Assembly: GCA_963763775.1 (NCBI GenBank)
Contig: CAVXPZ010000004.1
Coordinates: 576,001 to 640,000, forward strand
Length of the DNA stretch: 64,000 nt
Source: an uncultured Chloroflexia bacterium
Lineage (GTDB): Bacteria; Chloroflexota; Limnocylindria; Limnocylindrales; CSP1-4
Direction of reading: 5' to 3'
Positions 62,611 to 64,000 of this stretch are shown here, in pieces. The number at the start of each line of letters is the position of its first letter. Position 1 is the stretch's first letter. A program made the translations under genes and the position numbers. The notes under the pieces were generated by a model. That model saw only the letters and a program-made list of their open reading frames with translations, did not search any database and was not told the origin of the DNA.

Positions 62611-63467
62611 GTCGGCCGCCTCGCCGCTGCCTCGACGGCGCCCGGAGCCGCTGGAGCGCCATCGATCGGGATGCGCGCGCGCACGTCGAAACCGCCGTCC
62701 GGGGTCGGGCCGGCGTCGAGCGCCCCACCGAAGACCGCGACGCGTTCACGCATCCCGCGGAGCCCGAACCCGGGACCCGCGCCGACGTCCGAGGCTCGAC
62801 CGGTCGAGTTCGCGACACGGACGACGAGGACCCGATCGACGACCCTGATCTCCCCGTCGACGCGTGCCCCGGCCGCGTGGCGGACCGCGTTGGTCAGCGC
62901 CTCCTGGACGATCCGGTACGCGACCTGGCCGATCGCGCGATCCGCCTGGATGGCGCTCACCGACGGATCCACCGCGATGGTGGCGTCGAGGCCGGCCGTG
63001 CGGAAGTCGTCGATCAGCGCCGGGAGATCCGCAAGGCCCGGGTCCGGGGCCATCGGCCGGGCGTCGTCCGGCGCTCGGAGCGCCTCGAGCATGCGCCGCA
63101 GGTCGGCGTTCGCGCCGCGAGCCGCCTCCTCGACATGGCCGAGCGCGGCTCGGGCGGCGGCGGGGTCTCGCTCCATGGCGCGGGCGGCCGCGGCCGCTTG
63201 CAGACCGATCGCGGCCACTTTCGACGCGACCGTGTCGTGGAGGTCACGCGCGATCTCGATCCGCCGCTGCAACAGCTCCTCGCGGATGGCCGCGTCGCGT
63301 CGCTCGCGACGGCGGATCACGACCCAGACGAAGACGCCCGTGACGAGGCCGAGGCTGATGCCGCGGAGCAGCCCGTCCTCGTCGGTGCCCCATTGCCAGA
63401 GCGACACCGCGAGCACGGCCAGGCCGACGATCGCCGGCACGGCGGGAGCAGGGACACGGCGGTCCAT
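62607..63467 (-). CDS. HisKA_3 sensor histidine kinase
   Basis: IARDLHD, YRIVQEALTNAVRHA, GFGLRGMRERV. Two N-terminal TMs. Confidence 0.9.
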   Translation of the reverse strand: MDRRVPAPAVPAIVGLAVLAVSLWQWGTDEDGLLRGISLGLVTGVFVWVVIRRRERRDAAIREELLQRRIEIARDLHDTVASKVAAIGLQAAAAARAMERDPAAARAALGHVEEAARGANADLRRMLEALRAPDDARPMAPDPGLADLPALIDDFRTAGLDATIAVDPSVSAIQADRAIGQVAYRIVQEALTNAVRHAAGARVDGEIRVVDRVLVVRVANSTGRASDVGAGPGFGLRGMRERVAVFGGALDAGPTPDGGFDVRARIPIDGAPAAPGAVEAAARRPT

Positions 63468-63476
63468 CGAGGTAGC

Positions 63477-64000
63477 CTACCGTGCCACGGGGGTCGCGAG
63501 GACCGACCCGACGCCCTCCGGCATCGCCACCAGGGGCTGCCGCTGGCGGCGGATCCGGAGGAGGCCGTCGGTCACCCGGAAGACCAGGACCGCCGCGAGG
63601 ACGACGCCGAGGTCGACCCGGAGGAGACCCGGCCACGGCCCCAGCCATCCCGGGATCACGAACAGGATCGCGAACGGCACGAAGACGTCGAGGTAGACGC
63701 GGAGCGCGCCCAGGCCGACGCGGACCACCGGGTGGGCGCGACGGCCGCGCGGGGCGAACCGTGGGGACCGCGCGAGACCGATCAACGACCGCGACTGGAG
63801 GACGAGCGCGATCAGCAGCACCACGTCCAGCGCCGGGTAGAGGAGCTCGATCGTGCCCGCCGGTTCGCGACCGAGCAGCATCGAGACGACGCCGAGACCG
63901 ATGGTGTCCGGCTTGTGGAGCAGCTCGTAGATCGGACTCGTGCCGTTGAGCAGCACCGCGACACCAAGACCGTGATCGGGCACGATCGCGGCCACGGCGG
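63477..64000 (-). CDS. C-terminal part of probable serine hydrolase with three TM helices (partial)
   Basis: IVPDHGLGVAVLLN (beta-lactamase-family end) followed by hydrophobic helices. Only the C-terminus is visible. Confidence 0.55.
   Translation of the reverse strand, partial: AVAAIVPDHGLGVAVLLNGTSPIYELLHKPDTIGLGVVSMLLGREPAGTIELLYPALDVVLLIALVLQSRSLIGLARSPRFAPRGRRAHPVVRVGLGALRVYLDVFVPFAILFVIPGWLGPWPGLLRVDLGVVLAAVLVFRVTDGLLRIRRQRQPLVAMPEGVGSVLATPVAR

Noticed and set aside
77-63949. Many long overlapping or antisense ORFs (e.g. 6556..8724, 14389..16497, 27480..29807, 43349..45544)
   Set aside because: Shadow frames expected in high-GC coding DNA. They show no motifs and lie opposite well-supported genes.
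1-64000. CRISPR array, IS/transposase, integrase or prophage genes
   Set aside because: No regularly spaced repeats and no DDE, tyrosine/serine recombinase or phage motifs were recognised in any frame, by eye.

Overview
Very GC-rich bacterial chromosome segment. Gene content and style suggest Chloroflexota or Actinomycetota, which is an inference. It has many single-base frameshifts, probably assembly errors. From left to right: an ABC-2 exporter operon; pseudouridine catabolism genes divergent from a pentose-phosphate cluster (tkt, rpiB, pgi, gnd, zwf, opcA, pgl) interrupted by an Xre/RES toxin-antitoxin pair and speE; citrate synthase, corA, MFS transporters, photolyase and an SbcCD-like pair; and a selenocysteine locus (selD, tRNA-Sec, selA, selB, mobA, a SAM methyltransferase). 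An FdhF-like selenoprotein is split by the ORF track at an in-frame UGA followed by a SECIS hairpin. The most striking structure is a ~12.4 kb integrase-less glycoside-utilisation island inserted in the 3' end of tRNA-Sec. It is flanked by an exact 40-bp direct repeat, separates selC from the methyltransferase-selA-selB-mobA operon and carries a candidate outward-facing promoter. Other signals: pervasive leaderless promoters (including tRNA-Sec), a DnaA-box-like cluster, and a small-protein gene with an RBS-sequestering 5' hairpin and 3' CCUCCUCCC motifs.
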